From Candidatus Woesearchaeota archaeon (GTDB lineage: Archaea > Nanobdellota > Nanobdellia > Pacearchaeales > GW2011-AR1): DNA of 61,227 bases. Shown here piece after piece: positions 46,461 to 54,771 of this stretch. The position numbers and the translations under genes were made by a program. Position 1 is the first letter of the stretch, and each line of letters begins with the position of its first letter. The notes beneath the pieces are model-generated. The model ran no database searches and was not told where the DNA came from. It worked only from the letters and a program-made list of their open reading frames with translations. Where the stretch lies: the NCBI GenBank assembly GCA_964497435.1, contig CAZCCD010000005.1, forward strand, positions 46,214 to 107,440, in the 5' to 3' direction.

Positions 46461-47300
46461 TTACTCGCCAGAAAGCTTTTTCAATTCGTCCTGCTCTTTG
46501 GCCATTCTCTTCTTAATTTCGTCTATCTTTTCAACGTTCTTTAATTTCTTTATTTCTTGCTGCGCTTCTCTAATTTTTTCTTCTGCGTCCTCAATAGTTT
46601 TTTTATATTCTTTATCCACTCTGTCATCTTTACCTTTGATATTGCTAAGCTTCACTGTTTTGATTTCTTTAGTCTTTTTTCCAGTGCCATCGCTTTTGAA
46701 GATGTTCGCTTGTTTAAGTCTAGGAACGCCGAAAAAGGCCACAACTCCTAGAACGATTAATCCAATGATGTAATATATTGCTTTGTTTGAGAAGATGCTT
46801 TCTCCACCAACATCCTCTCCTGCTGTTAGTCCAGTTATTCCAGGTGAATTTTCCTGAGTCTCGCTAACATTTGTTGTGTTTTCAACGGGTTGTGTTTCTT
46901 CAGTAGTGTTTGTTGTGTTTACTTCCTCCACGAAATTTCTAACTATTTGTGTATCCCCAGGAAATAAAATTAATTGAATTGGTTCTCCTGCCTTATTTGC
47001 ATCAAATCTTTCATAGACTATTTTTTCTCCATTATTAAGAACGAAAGCAGTAACATCAAAAGAATCCAGGTTTGTAGAAAAAGTAACTGTCAATTCTCCT
47101 TCTGTGCCAGTATTTAGATTAAACTTCTTAATCAAAGGAGACTGTCCTGAAGCAGGGGTAGGATCTAAAAACTGCAACTCCAAGTCATAATTTGGATATG
47201 TTGATACTTTTACAGTCGTGTCAATTGCAGAGATTAATGGAATTAATAGTGAAAACAATGCAAAAATCAAAAATGTAAACAGTACTCTCTTTTTGTCCAT
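46461..47300 (-). CDS. surface protein with a TM segment and a cytoplasmic coiled-coil tail
   Basis: Signal peptide, beta-rich domain, T/E/N linker, AIYYIIGLIVLGVVAFFGV TM segment, and a K/E coiled coil. Confidence 0.5.
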   Translation of the reverse strand: MDKKRVLFTFLIFALFSLLIPLISAIDTTVKVSTYPNYDLELQFLDPTPASGQSPLIKKFNLNTGTEGELTVTFSTNLDSFDVTAFVLNNGEKIVYERFDANKAGEPIQLILFPGDTQIVRNFVEEVNTTNTTEETQPVENTTNVSETQENSPGITGLTAGEDVGGESIFSNKAIYYIIGLIVLGVVAFFGVPRLKQANIFKSDGTGKKTKEIKTVKLSNIKGKDDRVDKEYKKTIEDAEEKIREAQQEIKKLKNVEKIDEIKKRMAKEQDELKKLSGE

Positions 47301-47503
47301 GTTTTAAATACTAAAACCTTCTTTATAAATTTTTTTATGAAAGAAAATAACATTAATTTAATTCAAAATGAAATATATTAGATTAATAGAGATATTTTAG
47401 TAAAGTTTAACATTATTCATGATAGATTAGTTAAAGTTAATATAATAAAAAATGTAGTTGAATACAAGCCAAGAGTAAATGTATTTATATTAATCTATAA
47501 TCA

Positions 47504-47893
47504 TTAATCAAACCTGCTTCTTGTTTCTTTTACTGGTTGCTTCATTGGTTCTTTGTGGATTTTTGCAAAGGATGGAGTAACAATAACAGTATTTTCTCCA
47601 AAACCAGCGATGTTTCCTTCAATTGCATCTGCTGTCTTCTTTATTTTTGAAACAGCTCTTTTAAGTTCTATAGAGTCTTTTTGTTTCAAAACCCTTATAT
47701 CCACTACAGCTATAGTAAATCCCTCTCTTAAAGAATTAAGAATTTCATTGACATCCTCATACTGCTTAAGAGCAAAGAGTTTTACAAAAACTTTACTCTC
47801 CTTTTCTTTCTGTTCTAAGTCAATTTCAAGGTATTCATCGCCTGAATCATAGGACGATCCTGAAAATACTTTTTTTAATGTATCAAAAACCAT
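47504..47893 (-). CDS. sepF: cell division protein SepF
   Basis: DUF552/SepF core VFVKLFALKQYEDVNEILNSLREGFTIAVVDIRVL...IEGNIAGFGENTVIVTP. Confidence 0.75.
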   Translation of the reverse strand: MVFDTLKKVFSGSSYDSGDEYLEIDLEQKEKESKVFVKLFALKQYEDVNEILNSLREGFTIAVVDIRVLKQKDSIELKRAVSKIKKTADAIEGNIAGFGENTVIVTPSFAKIHKEPMKQPVKETRSRFD

Positions 47894-47971
47894 AGTAAAT
47901 TTAACTACCTTCTATTTATAAAGATTTCGCAATTCTATTTATAATATTCCTGTTTTAAAAATCTAGATTAA

Positions 47972-48289
47972 TTAATGTTTTTTTGTCTTAATAGCTTCTT
48001 CCCTGGCTTTTTCTAGTTGTTCTGAAAGCGAGATTTCTTGTTTTTCAAGAGTTTTAAGTCTAAGATCGAGGAATTTTTCTTTATTAGATAAGTCCCCTTT
48101 TATAGAATCTTTATCTTTTTTTATCATTAATTGCCCTACTATCTTAAAAACATCGTCTCCTGTTTTCTCTATCTCTCTTAAAGCTTCTTTTGTTTCTGAG
48201 AGTTCCATCTGAAATGCTTGTTTCTGGATAAGTATGTTCTGCAAACTTTGTTCTATCATGTACATTTCTTGGATTTTCTTTTCATTCAT
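47972..48289 (-). CDS. pfdB: prefoldin beta subunit
   Basis: 105-aa coiled coil - beta hairpins - coiled coil, with VFKIVGQLMIKKDK. Confidence 0.7.
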   Translation of the reverse strand: MNEKKIQEMYMIEQSLQNILIQKQAFQMELSETKEALREIEKTGDDVFKIVGQLMIKKDKDSIKGDLSNKEKFLDLRLKTLEKQEISLSEQLEKAREEAIKTKKH

Positions 48290-48290
48290 T

Positions 48291-48428
48291 TTAGATTGCT
48301 TTAATTTTCTTTACAGCATCTCTTGGCTTGAAGAATATTTTTGAGCCGCAAGATGGACATATAAACCTCTTATCTAAATCAACATTTTTAATTTTTCTTC
48401 CACATTTAAAGCATTTGTAAGTTGTCAT
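48291..48428 (-). CDS. rpoP: DNA-directed RNA polymerase subunit P (Rpo12)
   Basis: 45 aa (below the ORF-track cutoff): MTTYKCFKCGRKIKNVDLDKRFICPSCGSKIFFKPRDAVKKIKAI. C4 zinc ribbon next to L37Ae. Confidence 0.65.
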   Translation of the reverse strand: MTTYKCFKCGRKIKNVDLDKRFICPSCGSKIFFKPRDAVKKIKAI

Positions 48429-48453
48429 TTTTATGTAAATTTATTTTCTTTTG

Positions 48454-48672
48454 TTATTCCAAATAATAAACATCTGAGGCAAATTTTTTTTCGCATCTCT
48501 TACATTGCCAGATTCCTTTTGAGAGTCTTTTAATTCCTAATTTACCACAAAAAGGACATTTTTGTTTTTTTCTTTGTTTTTCTTCTATTTTAACAAGCTT
48601 GGCTCTGACTGTTTTTCCATATCTCGCTCCAAATCTGCCAGATGATTTTGATTTTTTTGATTTTGATGACAT
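48454..48672 (-). CDS. rpl37ae: ribosomal protein L37Ae (eL43)
   Basis: GRFGARYGKTVR...CPFCGK...WQCKRCEKKFA zinc ribbon. Confidence 0.85.
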   Translation of the reverse strand: MSSKSKKSKSSGRFGARYGKTVRAKLVKIEEKQRKKQKCPFCGKLGIKRLSKGIWQCKRCEKKFASDVYYLE

Positions 48673-48676
48673 CTTA

Positions 48677-48733
48677 AAACCTGCGGTTTTATATCCCTCA
48701 AGCGACTTCTTTTCGTTGCCTCCGGTAGAAGTC
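48677..48733 (-). mobile_element. 57-nt leader cassette between a degenerate duplication of the L37Ae start region
   Basis: 7-bp stem gacttct/agaagtc with loop ..gttgcctccggt, then aaaacctgcggtttt abutting the ATG. Flanks are ttgatgacatctta and ttgataaaactta. Confidence 0.4.
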
Positions 48734-48779
48734 TTGATAAAACTTAGAGATAAAAATGGTTTTTAAATTATTCTATAAA

Positions 48780-48901
48780 TGGGGCAGGGAGGATTTGAAC
48801 CCCCGTCGCCAGCTATTTAGGAAGGCTCTCGAGATGAATATATTTTGCTCGAGACTTCCTTCACCCAAAGCTGGAAGCCTACCAAACTAGCCTACTGCCC
48901 C
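48780..48901 (-). tRNA. tRNA-Pro(UGG) with a 49-nt intron at 37/38
   Basis: Acceptor GGGGCAG/CTGCCCC, anticodon stem CCAGC/GCTGG, loop TTTGGG^A, T arm GGGGG-TTCAAAT-CCTCC, discriminator A. Intron 48815-48863 contains its own hairpin. Confidence 0.75.
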
Positions 48902-48989
48902 GAATAAGAATAAATAAAGAAATCAATTTATAAAGCTATTTATGTAATTATTTCTTCTTTAGATCGGCCAAGCTTGGACGAGTTTAGTT

Positions 48990-49703
48990 TTATTTTTTCT
49001 TAGCTTTTTCTTCTTTCTTTTGGGGTTCTTTTTTTACTTCTGTGCTTCCTGGAGAAACCAGTGTTGTAGCTGGAGCTGTTTCACCTTCTTTAGGAGCTGT
49101 TGGAGTTGCTGCAGCTGTTGCAGCTTCTTTAGCTGCCTGTTCTTGTTTAATGATTTCATCTTGTTTAGCCTTTACTTCATCAAAATATTTCTTTAACTCT
49201 AATAACTTTTCCTTAGATGTTTCTGTTTTTTCTGATTCAATTTCATTGTCAAATTTACCTTCGTTAATTTGCAGTTCTATATATTTGGGAGGCTGATTCT
49301 CTATTAAAATTCCAAGACTAATACATGTTCCAACGACTGACTTAACAGCTGACTTCAAATTCTTGGAAAGCATATTTGGAAATTTTGTCTTAGATACTAA
49401 AATAATTTGTTCTATTGAAGCATTTCCGACATATTGTTTTTTTTGAGCTCCTGATCCTTTTTCAATTCCTAATTCTCTCTTTAATAACTCTGAGACTGGT
49501 GGCGAGAAAACCTTAACATCAAATTCTTTTGTTGATGGAATAATCTCGAGTTCTACAGGAACTTTCATTCCTTTGAAGTTTTTTGTTGCATCATTAACTT
49601 TTGATATTACTTGGCCAAGGTTAATTCCTGCTGGCCCAAGTTTCTGGCTAAGGGCAGGTCCTGGTTTCATTTCTCCACCCTCGACTAAAAGTTTAATTTG
49701 CAT
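48990..49703 (-). CDS. rpl11: ribosomal protein L11 with a ~80-aa low-complexity C-terminal extension
   Basis: N-terminal GGEMKPGPALSQKLGPAGINLGQV... core. Tail is rich in A/T/P/K/E (AAKEAATAAATPTAPKEGE...KKEEKAKKK). Confidence 0.85.
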   Translation of the reverse strand: MQIKLLVEGGEMKPGPALSQKLGPAGINLGQVISKVNDATKNFKGMKVPVELEIIPSTKEFDVKVFSPPVSELLKRELGIEKGSGAQKKQYVGNASIEQIILVSKTKFPNMLSKNLKSAVKSVVGTCISLGILIENQPPKYIELQINEGKFDNEIESEKTETSKEKLLELKKYFDEVKAKQDEIIKQEQAAKEAATAAATPTAPKEGETAPATTLVSPGSTEVKKEPQKKEEKAKKK

Positions 49704-49705
49704 TT

Positions 49706-49797
49706 GAAAACAACCTACGGTTTTTTTCGATTTTCCCTTTCAGCACAGATAAGCGATTTTTTAAATTGCCTCCGACGAAAATCGCACATTTAATTGT
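49706..49797 (-). mobile_element. 92-nt leader cassette inserted at the L11 start codon
   Basis: Bracketed by an exact 14-nt duplication tttaatttgcattt (49692-49705 and 49798-49811), which reads AAATGCAAATTAAA on the gene strand and includes the ATG. Contains stem gcgatttt/aaaatcgc with loop ..ttgcctccgac, and aacctacggtt. Confidence 0.5.
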
Positions 49798-49810
49798 TTT
49801 AATTTGCATT

Positions 49811-50065
49811 TTATTTTGTTGATAATTTTAATTGTAATTTACTTAGTTTATCTCTTAGTTTATTTCTTTGAATAACTAAAGGAGCAGTCTCGATATCTGC
49901 AATTTGCTGAAAAGTTTCGATTACAACATCTAAGATAGGATAGAATGGTAAATTGCTCATGATAAATCTATTATAATATCTACAAACACTATTAATTCTA
50001 TAATCAATTACCTTTATCCTAAATTGGTAATATTTTTCTAATGCTGTTTCTTTCAATCTATTCAT
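49811..50065 (-). CDS. hypothetical protein between spt5 and rpl11
   Basis: 84-aa ORF. Its SD plus ATG is a duplicated copy of the spt5 3' end. No recognised family. Confidence 0.35.
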   Translation of the reverse strand: MNRLKETALEKYYQFRIKVIDYRINSVCRYYNRFIMSNLPFYPILDVVIETFQQIADIETAPLVIQRNKLRDKLSKLQLKLSTK

Positions 50066-50122
50066 TTTCTTCCTCCAAATCGGCCAAGCCTGGACGATTT
50101 CTTATTCATTTTCTTCCTCCAA
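50059..50122. repeat. exact 20-nt direct repeat flanking a 24-nt palindromic insert
   Basis: tattcattttcttcctccaa occurs at 50059-50078 and 50103-50122. The insert atcggccaagcctggacgatttct matches 48963-48981 at 18 of 19 nt. Confidence 0.85.
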
Positions 50123-50560
50123 TTCTTCTCTCCTAATTACTTTAACATTATCTAATTTTATTGTAACAGGCAAAGGAACAACAGCTCCTAACAAACTAAC
50201 AACAACTTCTTCTTTCTGTTTATCTATTCTTATAACTTTCGCTTTTTCTTTCTTAAAGGGTTCTGCAATAATTTCAACAATGTCTCCTTCTTTAATAGAT
50301 ATTTCTGCCACAGAAGGCTCCACCATATTTTTTATTTCATCATAACCAATAGTTTTTCCAATTATGCCTTTAACATAAGGTAAATTAAAAACAGCTTCTT
50401 CTGCCGACTCTCTATCTTCGGCTTCAATAAGAACATAACCTCTTAAACCATGAGGCCTCGATATAGAATATATTTGAAGGGCTTTTTTTTCTGCTCGCTC
50501 AGCTATCAAATCTACTGCCCTTTCTTCTTTATTTGTTGTAACTTTTATTATAAAAATCAT
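50102..50560 (-). CDS. spt5: transcription elongation factor Spt5/NusG
   Basis: NGN domain (IFIIKVTTNKEERAVDLI...GYVLIEAE) plus KOW (GDIVEIIAEPFKKEKAKVIRID). In the conserved secE-spt5-rpl11 order. Confidence 0.85.
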   Translation of the reverse strand: MIFIIKVTTNKEERAVDLIAERAEKKALQIYSISRPHGLRGYVLIEAEDRESAEEAVFNLPYVKGIIGKTIGYDEIKNMVEPSVAEISIKEGDIVEIIAEPFKKEKAKVIRIDKQKEEVVVSLLGAVVPLPVTIKLDNVKVIRREELEEENE

Positions 50561-50668
50561 TTCAAAACTCTAAACAAATCTAATTATTATTTAGCTCCAA
50601 CTATCCTTTAACTTATTAATTATTAAAGAATAATGATATTAATTAAAATTAAGGGTTTATAAATCTTT

Positions 50669-50848
50669 TTAAGCGAATAGCTTCATAATTATTGATATTA
50701 AAAATCCACAAACTCCTAAAAAAACTATTCCTATTGCAGATATTTTTGCCGTGGTTTTAAATTCTTCTTTTGTCGGCTTTCTTAAAACCTGCCATACTCT
50801 CTTACACTTTATTAAAAATGATTTTGCCTTATTTCCTAGATTTCCCAT
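50669..50848 (-). CDS. secE: preprotein translocase subunit SecE/Sec61-gamma
   Basis: 59 aa (below the ORF-track cutoff): MGNLGNKAKSFLIKCKRVWQVLRKPTKEEFKTTAKISAIGIVFLGVCGFLISIIMKLFA. Lies upstream of spt5. Confidence 0.7.
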   Translation of the reverse strand: MGNLGNKAKSFLIKCKRVWQVLRKPTKEEFKTTAKISAIGIVFLGVCGFLISIIMKLFA

Positions 50849-50882
50849 AAATAAAAAAGAATTAAAGAGTTTTTAAGGTTTT

Positions 50883-51242
50883 TCAAAAAGGAAGATCTTC
50901 TTCATCACTAATTGAGGGATTAAAGGTAATAGATGTTAATTCATGCTTTTTAGGCTCTCTATCAATTCCTTCAATTTGATCAACCGCTCCTCTTATTGCA
51001 ACATAATAATTCATCCACATTTGAAATACTTTAGTTTTATCATCTGTGAATCTTTTTAAAAATTCGCTTTGAAGTTCTCTGCTTTGATTTGGAATAAAAC
51101 CACTTTTATTAGAAGTAAGAGAGATATATCTCAATAATTCATGTTTAGGATCATGTTTTTCTAATCTCTGATATTCTTCTATTAATAAATCATATCCTGC
51201 ATCTATATCGCTCATTAAATCGCCCATCTTATTCTCCTTCAA
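50883..51242 (-). CDS. hypothetical protein, translationally coupled to ftsZ
   Basis: 119-aa ORF overlapping the ftsZ 3' end by 14 nt. Acidic C-terminus SDEEDLPF. Confidence 0.45.
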   Translation of the reverse strand: MKENKMGDLMSDIDAGYDLLIEEYQRLEKHDPKHELLRYISLTSNKSGFIPNQSRELQSEFLKRFTDDKTKVFQMWMNYYVAIRGAVDQIEGIDREPKKHELTSITFNPSISDEEDLPF

Positions 51243-52341
51243 AAAACTCTATTCCAAGTTCTTCCTCGATTTCTCTATGCTTTCTGCTTTCTATTGATTC
51301 TGAACGGCCAAGAATTTGATCGCTCTTTACTCCAGTAACAATAAGTAAAACCCTCATTGACTTTTCCATGTCTGCAGAAATTTGTGCGCCCCAAATTATT
51401 TTTGCGTCAGGATTTAATCTCTCTCCTATAATCTCAATAACTGTCTTGCATTCATCTAGACTCATATCATTTCCTCCTATTATGTTTATTAAGGCTCCTG
51501 AAGCATTAGATATATCAACATCTAAAAGAGGATTCTGAATTGCTTTTTCAACAGATTCTACAGCTCTTTGTTGACTATCTGATTCCCCCATTCCAATAAG
51601 AGAAACACCTCCATCAATCATCACAGCTTTAATATCTGCGAAATCTAAATTCACCAAACCTGTCATAGTAACTAATTCAGTAATTCCTTTAACTGCATTT
51701 GTCAATATTTCGTCTGCAATTTTGAATGCTGTATGTAAAGGAAGCTCTGGAGCAAGTTCTAGAAGCTTGTCATTTGGGATAACTATTAAAGTATCAACAA
51801 CACTCTGAAGCCTTTCTAAACCATCCATGGCATTTTCTATTCTCTTTCTTCCTTCGATTGTGAAAGGAAGAGTTACAACAGCTATTGTTAATGAGCCTTG
51901 TTTTTTTGCTAGACCAGCTATTATTGGTGCAGCGCCTGTTCCTGTTCCACCTCCTAATCCACAAGTAACAAAAACCATATCACTACCAGCTAATTTCTTC
52001 TTTATTTCTGATTCTGATTCTTTTGCTGCTTCTTGACCAATTTTTGGATTGCTTCCTGCTCCTAAACCTTGGGTTAATTCTCTTCCAATTAAAATCTTTT
52101 GATCAGCATTTGCATAAAGGAGATCTTGTGCATCTGTATTGACTGCAATTAATTCTCCTCCTTTAATCCCTATTTCTCTCATCCTGCTAAGAGAATTATT
52201 TCCTCCTCCGCCAACACCAACAACTTTTATTTTTGCTGTCTGCTTTTTGATTAGCTCTGCAAGTTCTTTATCTATCTCCCTAACCTCTGGAGAAATATCG
52301 ATGTTGGAAACCATACCTGTCTTTTGATAAACATTATCCAT
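51229..52341 (-). CDS. ftsZ: cell division GTPase FtsZ
   Basis: [13 protein letters not shown], the tubulin signature [15 protein letters not shown], and [11 protein letters not shown]. Confidence 0.9.
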   Translation of the reverse strand: MDNVYQKTGMVSNIDISPEVREIDKELAELIKKQTAKIKVVGVGGGGNNSLSRMREIGIKGGELIAVNTDAQDLLYANADQKILIGRELTQGLGAGSNPKIGQEAAKESESEIKKKLAGSDMVFVTCGLGGGTGTGAAPIIAGLAKKQGSLTIAVVTLPFTIEGRKRIENAMDGLERLQSVVDTLIVIPNDKLLELAPELPLHTAFKIADEILTNAVKGITELVTMTGLVNLDFADIKAVMIDGGVSLIGMGESDSQQRAVESVEKAIQNPLLDVDISNASGALINIIGGNDMSLDECKTVIEIIGERLNPDAKIIWGAQISADMEKSMRVLLIVTGVKSDQILGRSESIESRKHREIEEELGIEFFEGE

Positions 52342-52389
52342 AGACTAAACAGCCAATCACTGTTTAAAAAAATTGTTGTGGTATCAGAA

Positions 52390-53034
52390 TCACTTAATAG
52401 AGGGTACATTCTCTATTTTTTTTATTTCTACGTCGAGATTCAAAATTTCCTTAAACTTTTCCTTAAATAATTCTACCAGCTTCACGATTTTTTCTTCGAC
52501 CTCAATTATTATTTTTCCCTCTTCAATCTTGAATTTAAGCTCTTTTTTAAAGAAAAAATCTATTAAAGCCCTTGTTTTCTCATTAACATCTTCAACCTTT
52601 CTTATGACTCTTACTTTATATATGACTTCTTTTCCTGCTAAAGGATTATTAAAATCAACAATTACTCTTCCACCAGAAACTGCAAGAATTTTTCCAACTG
52701 CATTATCAAAGGTTAATGTTGCTCCCTGTACAGGATTTAATTTATGCTCTTTAAAAACTTTCATTGGAATTATGTGGATTAGTTTTTGGTCTCTTTTTCC
52801 AAACGCTTTTTCAGGAGAAAGATATATTTCATAAACCCCAATTTCCTTGCCTATCAAGAAATCTTCAACACCTTTAAGAAACATTCCTTGTCCAAGACAA
52901 AAAATTAATGGCTTTGCCTCTAAATTAGGATTTATGCTTTTCAAATCTTCTTTTATATTAGAATCAAATATATAACTATCTTTTATTCTTCCTGTAAATT
53001 CTATTTCAATGAAATCGTTTTGCTTTAAAGGCAT
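52390..53034 (-). CDS. FKBP-type peptidyl-prolyl cis-trans isomerase (archaeal SlyD-like with insert-in-flap)
   Basis: IEFTGRIKDSYIFDSN...PLIFCLGQGMFLKGVEDFLIGKEIG...NPLAGKEVIYKVRV. Confidence 0.8.
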   Translation of the reverse strand: MPLKQNDFIEIEFTGRIKDSYIFDSNIKEDLKSINPNLEAKPLIFCLGQGMFLKGVEDFLIGKEIGVYEIYLSPEKAFGKRDQKLIHIIPMKVFKEHKLNPVQGATLTFDNAVGKILAVSGGRVIVDFNNPLAGKEVIYKVRVIRKVEDVNEKTRALIDFFFKKELKFKIEEGKIIIEVEEKIVKLVELFKEKFKEILNLDVEIKKIENVPSIK

Positions 53035-53106
53035 TAAAAGGAAAAATTAGGGAGGTTTAAAAAATTATTGTAAAAGATTCATTGATTAATATGATATCAA
53101 GCTAAA

Positions 53107-53856
53107 TTACTTTTCTTGCTCAACTAACCTATACCCGAAGGAAGGAAACTCGTCAAGAGGAATCCTGCAGGCGCTGAGGTAGAGCCTGACAGAGTCAGCG
53201 TAGAACCTCACGACTCTTTCTAAAACATTTTGTGAAGCTGCATTTTCTCTATAGATATAAGCAGGAATTTTATTAATTTCACTAATAACTCTGCTTACTT
53301 CATCAACATTTTTTTCTCCAAGCATTCCTTCCAAAACAGAACTGTCTTCTGGAGTTATTATTCTGTCAGGACCAACTATTTTAACTGGAAATACATATTC
53401 ACTTTTCATTCCTGCATCATGGACAAATTTGTCATTTCTTTTCCCATCATAGTTATAAACTGCTAAAGTAGTTGTTGAAGGAAAGGTGTCGCGCAACTTA
53501 CGTCTCAAAAATTTTATTATTGCATCTTTTTCAGAGGCATTAGAATTAACAACTGACCTAAATGCCGAGAAATTAAATTGAGAATCATATAGGCTGAATT
53601 CTCCGTTAGTTCTTGCATTTTCAGCGTATCTGACACTGTCTTGAAAATTCATCGAGGGAAGCATGTGCTGGCTTAATTCATACATTCCTGTTTTCCCCCT
53701 ATGAGAGAGTTCAATTAACCATCTATTTGAAGGAGTAATTATTTCGGGCCCCCTGACAGATTTTTCTTCAGGTTGAGAAGACAGTAATTCGTAAGGAACG
53801 CCTAACTTGGTTAAACATTCTGCAATTTCGTCGCTTACTCGTATGTCTGGAGCCAT
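53107..53856 (-). CDS. hypothetical protein (Arg-rich, compositionally atypical)
   Basis: 249-aa ORF with no recognised motif. Higher GC, especially at both ends. Confidence 0.5.
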   Translation of the reverse strand: MAPDIRVSDEIAECLTKLGVPYELLSSQPEEKSVRGPEIITPSNRWLIELSHRGKTGMYELSQHMLPSMNFQDSVRYAENARTNGEFSLYDSQFNFSAFRSVVNSNASEKDAIIKFLRRKLRDTFPSTTTLAVYNYDGKRNDKFVHDAGMKSEYVFPVKIVGPDRIITPEDSSVLEGMLGEKNVDEVSRVISEINKIPAYIYRENAASQNVLERVVRFYADSVRLYLSACRIPLDEFPSFGYRLVEQEK

Positions 53857-53956
53857 AAAATCTCCATATTACTTAGGTTTTTAAATATTTCTAATGTCGC
53901 AATTTTGTAATAATTACACAAAATAAAATTTTACAAGAACTAAGTCATCAAAAATG

Positions 53957-53965
53957 TTTATAAAT
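53957..53965 (+). promoter_or_regulatory. TATA box (tttataaat) for aIF5A; transcript probably leaderless
   Basis: Centred about 25 nt upstream of the ATG at 53986. No SD in between. Confidence 0.35.
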
Positions 53966-53985
53966 CTATTTCCTTTATTTTTTTC

Positions 53986-54372
53986 ATGGTCTTAAAAATT
54001 ATTGATGCTACAGAGGCTAAAGTCGGAACAAACATCCTTCTTGAAAATGAACCTTACACAATCAAAAAAATGGATGTTAGTAAGACAGGAAAACACGGAC
54101 ATGCAAAAGTTAGGATTGAGGCTATTGGTATTATAAATGACCAGAAAAAGGTTTTTGTTGTTCCAGGACATGAGAGGATTGAAATTCCCATGATAAACAA
54201 AAACAAAGGGCAGGTTTTGTCAGTTGGAAATAAAGTTAGTGTAATGAATCTGGAAAGCTTTGAAACCCTTGAGATAGATTGTCCTGAAGAAATAAAAAAT
54301 CAGTTAGAAGAAAATTCTAATGTCGAGTATTGGGACATTGAAGGAAGAAAGATTATAAAGAGGAAGCTATAA
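53986..54372 (+). CDS. eif5a: translation initiation factor 5A (aIF5A)
   Basis: Hypusine loop SKTGKHGHAKVRIEAIGI. Confidence 0.9.
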   Translation: MVLKIIDATEAKVGTNILLENEPYTIKKMDVSKTGKHGHAKVRIEAIGIINDQKKVFVVPGHERIEIPMINKNKGQVLSVGNKVSVMNLESFETLEIDCPEEIKNQLEENSNVEYWDIEGRKIIKRKL

Positions 54373-54422
54373 ATTAAAAATGAATAGATAAATTAAATTG
54401 TTAAATAAGTATAATTTTTAAT

Positions 54423-54599
54423 ATGAAAGGAATAGCAAAATGCCCTAAATGTGGGAAATTATTGACTACAAATTGTGGAGGGTGTATAATTGCTGGAACA
54501 GATATTCACAAGTGTAAACGAATGAAAAATGTTGATATTGTTAGCGGAATTAAATGGAAAGAGGTTCCTGAAACTAAAAAAGAATTATTAAAAAAATAA
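54423..54599 (+). CDS. small zinc-ribbon protein (58 aa, below the ORF-track cutoff)
   Basis: MKGIAKCPKCGKLLTTNCGGC..HKCKR. Tightly packed between aIF5A and L40e. Confidence 0.4.
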   Translation: MKGIAKCPKCGKLLTTNCGGCIIAGTDIHKCKRMKNVDIVSGIKWKEVPETKKELLKK

Positions 54600-54602
54600 A
54601 AA

Positions 54603-54764
54603 ATGGCAAAAATACCTGAGGCCCAGGCAAGAATGTTTAAGAATGTTTTTGTATGTAAAAGCTGCCAGTCAAAAATTAGGGCTGATCCTCAAAGAATATT
54701 AAAAGGAAAGGTCAAATGCAGGAAGTGTAAGAAAAGAGCGTTCAGGCCTTTAAGAAGAAAATAG
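54603..54764 (+). CDS. rpl40e: ribosomal protein L40e (eL40)
   Basis: 53 aa: MAKIPEAQARMFKNVFVCKSCQSKIRADPQRILKGKVKCRKCKKRAFRPLRRK. Confidence 0.75.
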   Translation: MAKIPEAQARMFKNVFVCKSCQSKIRADPQRILKGKVKCRKCKKRAFRPLRRK

Positions 54765-54771
54765 GTGTAAA

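Noticed and set aside
48676-48690. Resemblance of AACCTGCGGTT / AACCGTAGG to the two strands of 16S rRNA helix 45, suggesting an rRNA fragment.
   Set aside because: Only about 9-11 nt are similar, with no flanking rRNA sequence. The similarity is most simply coincidental for a short GC core in a palindrome.
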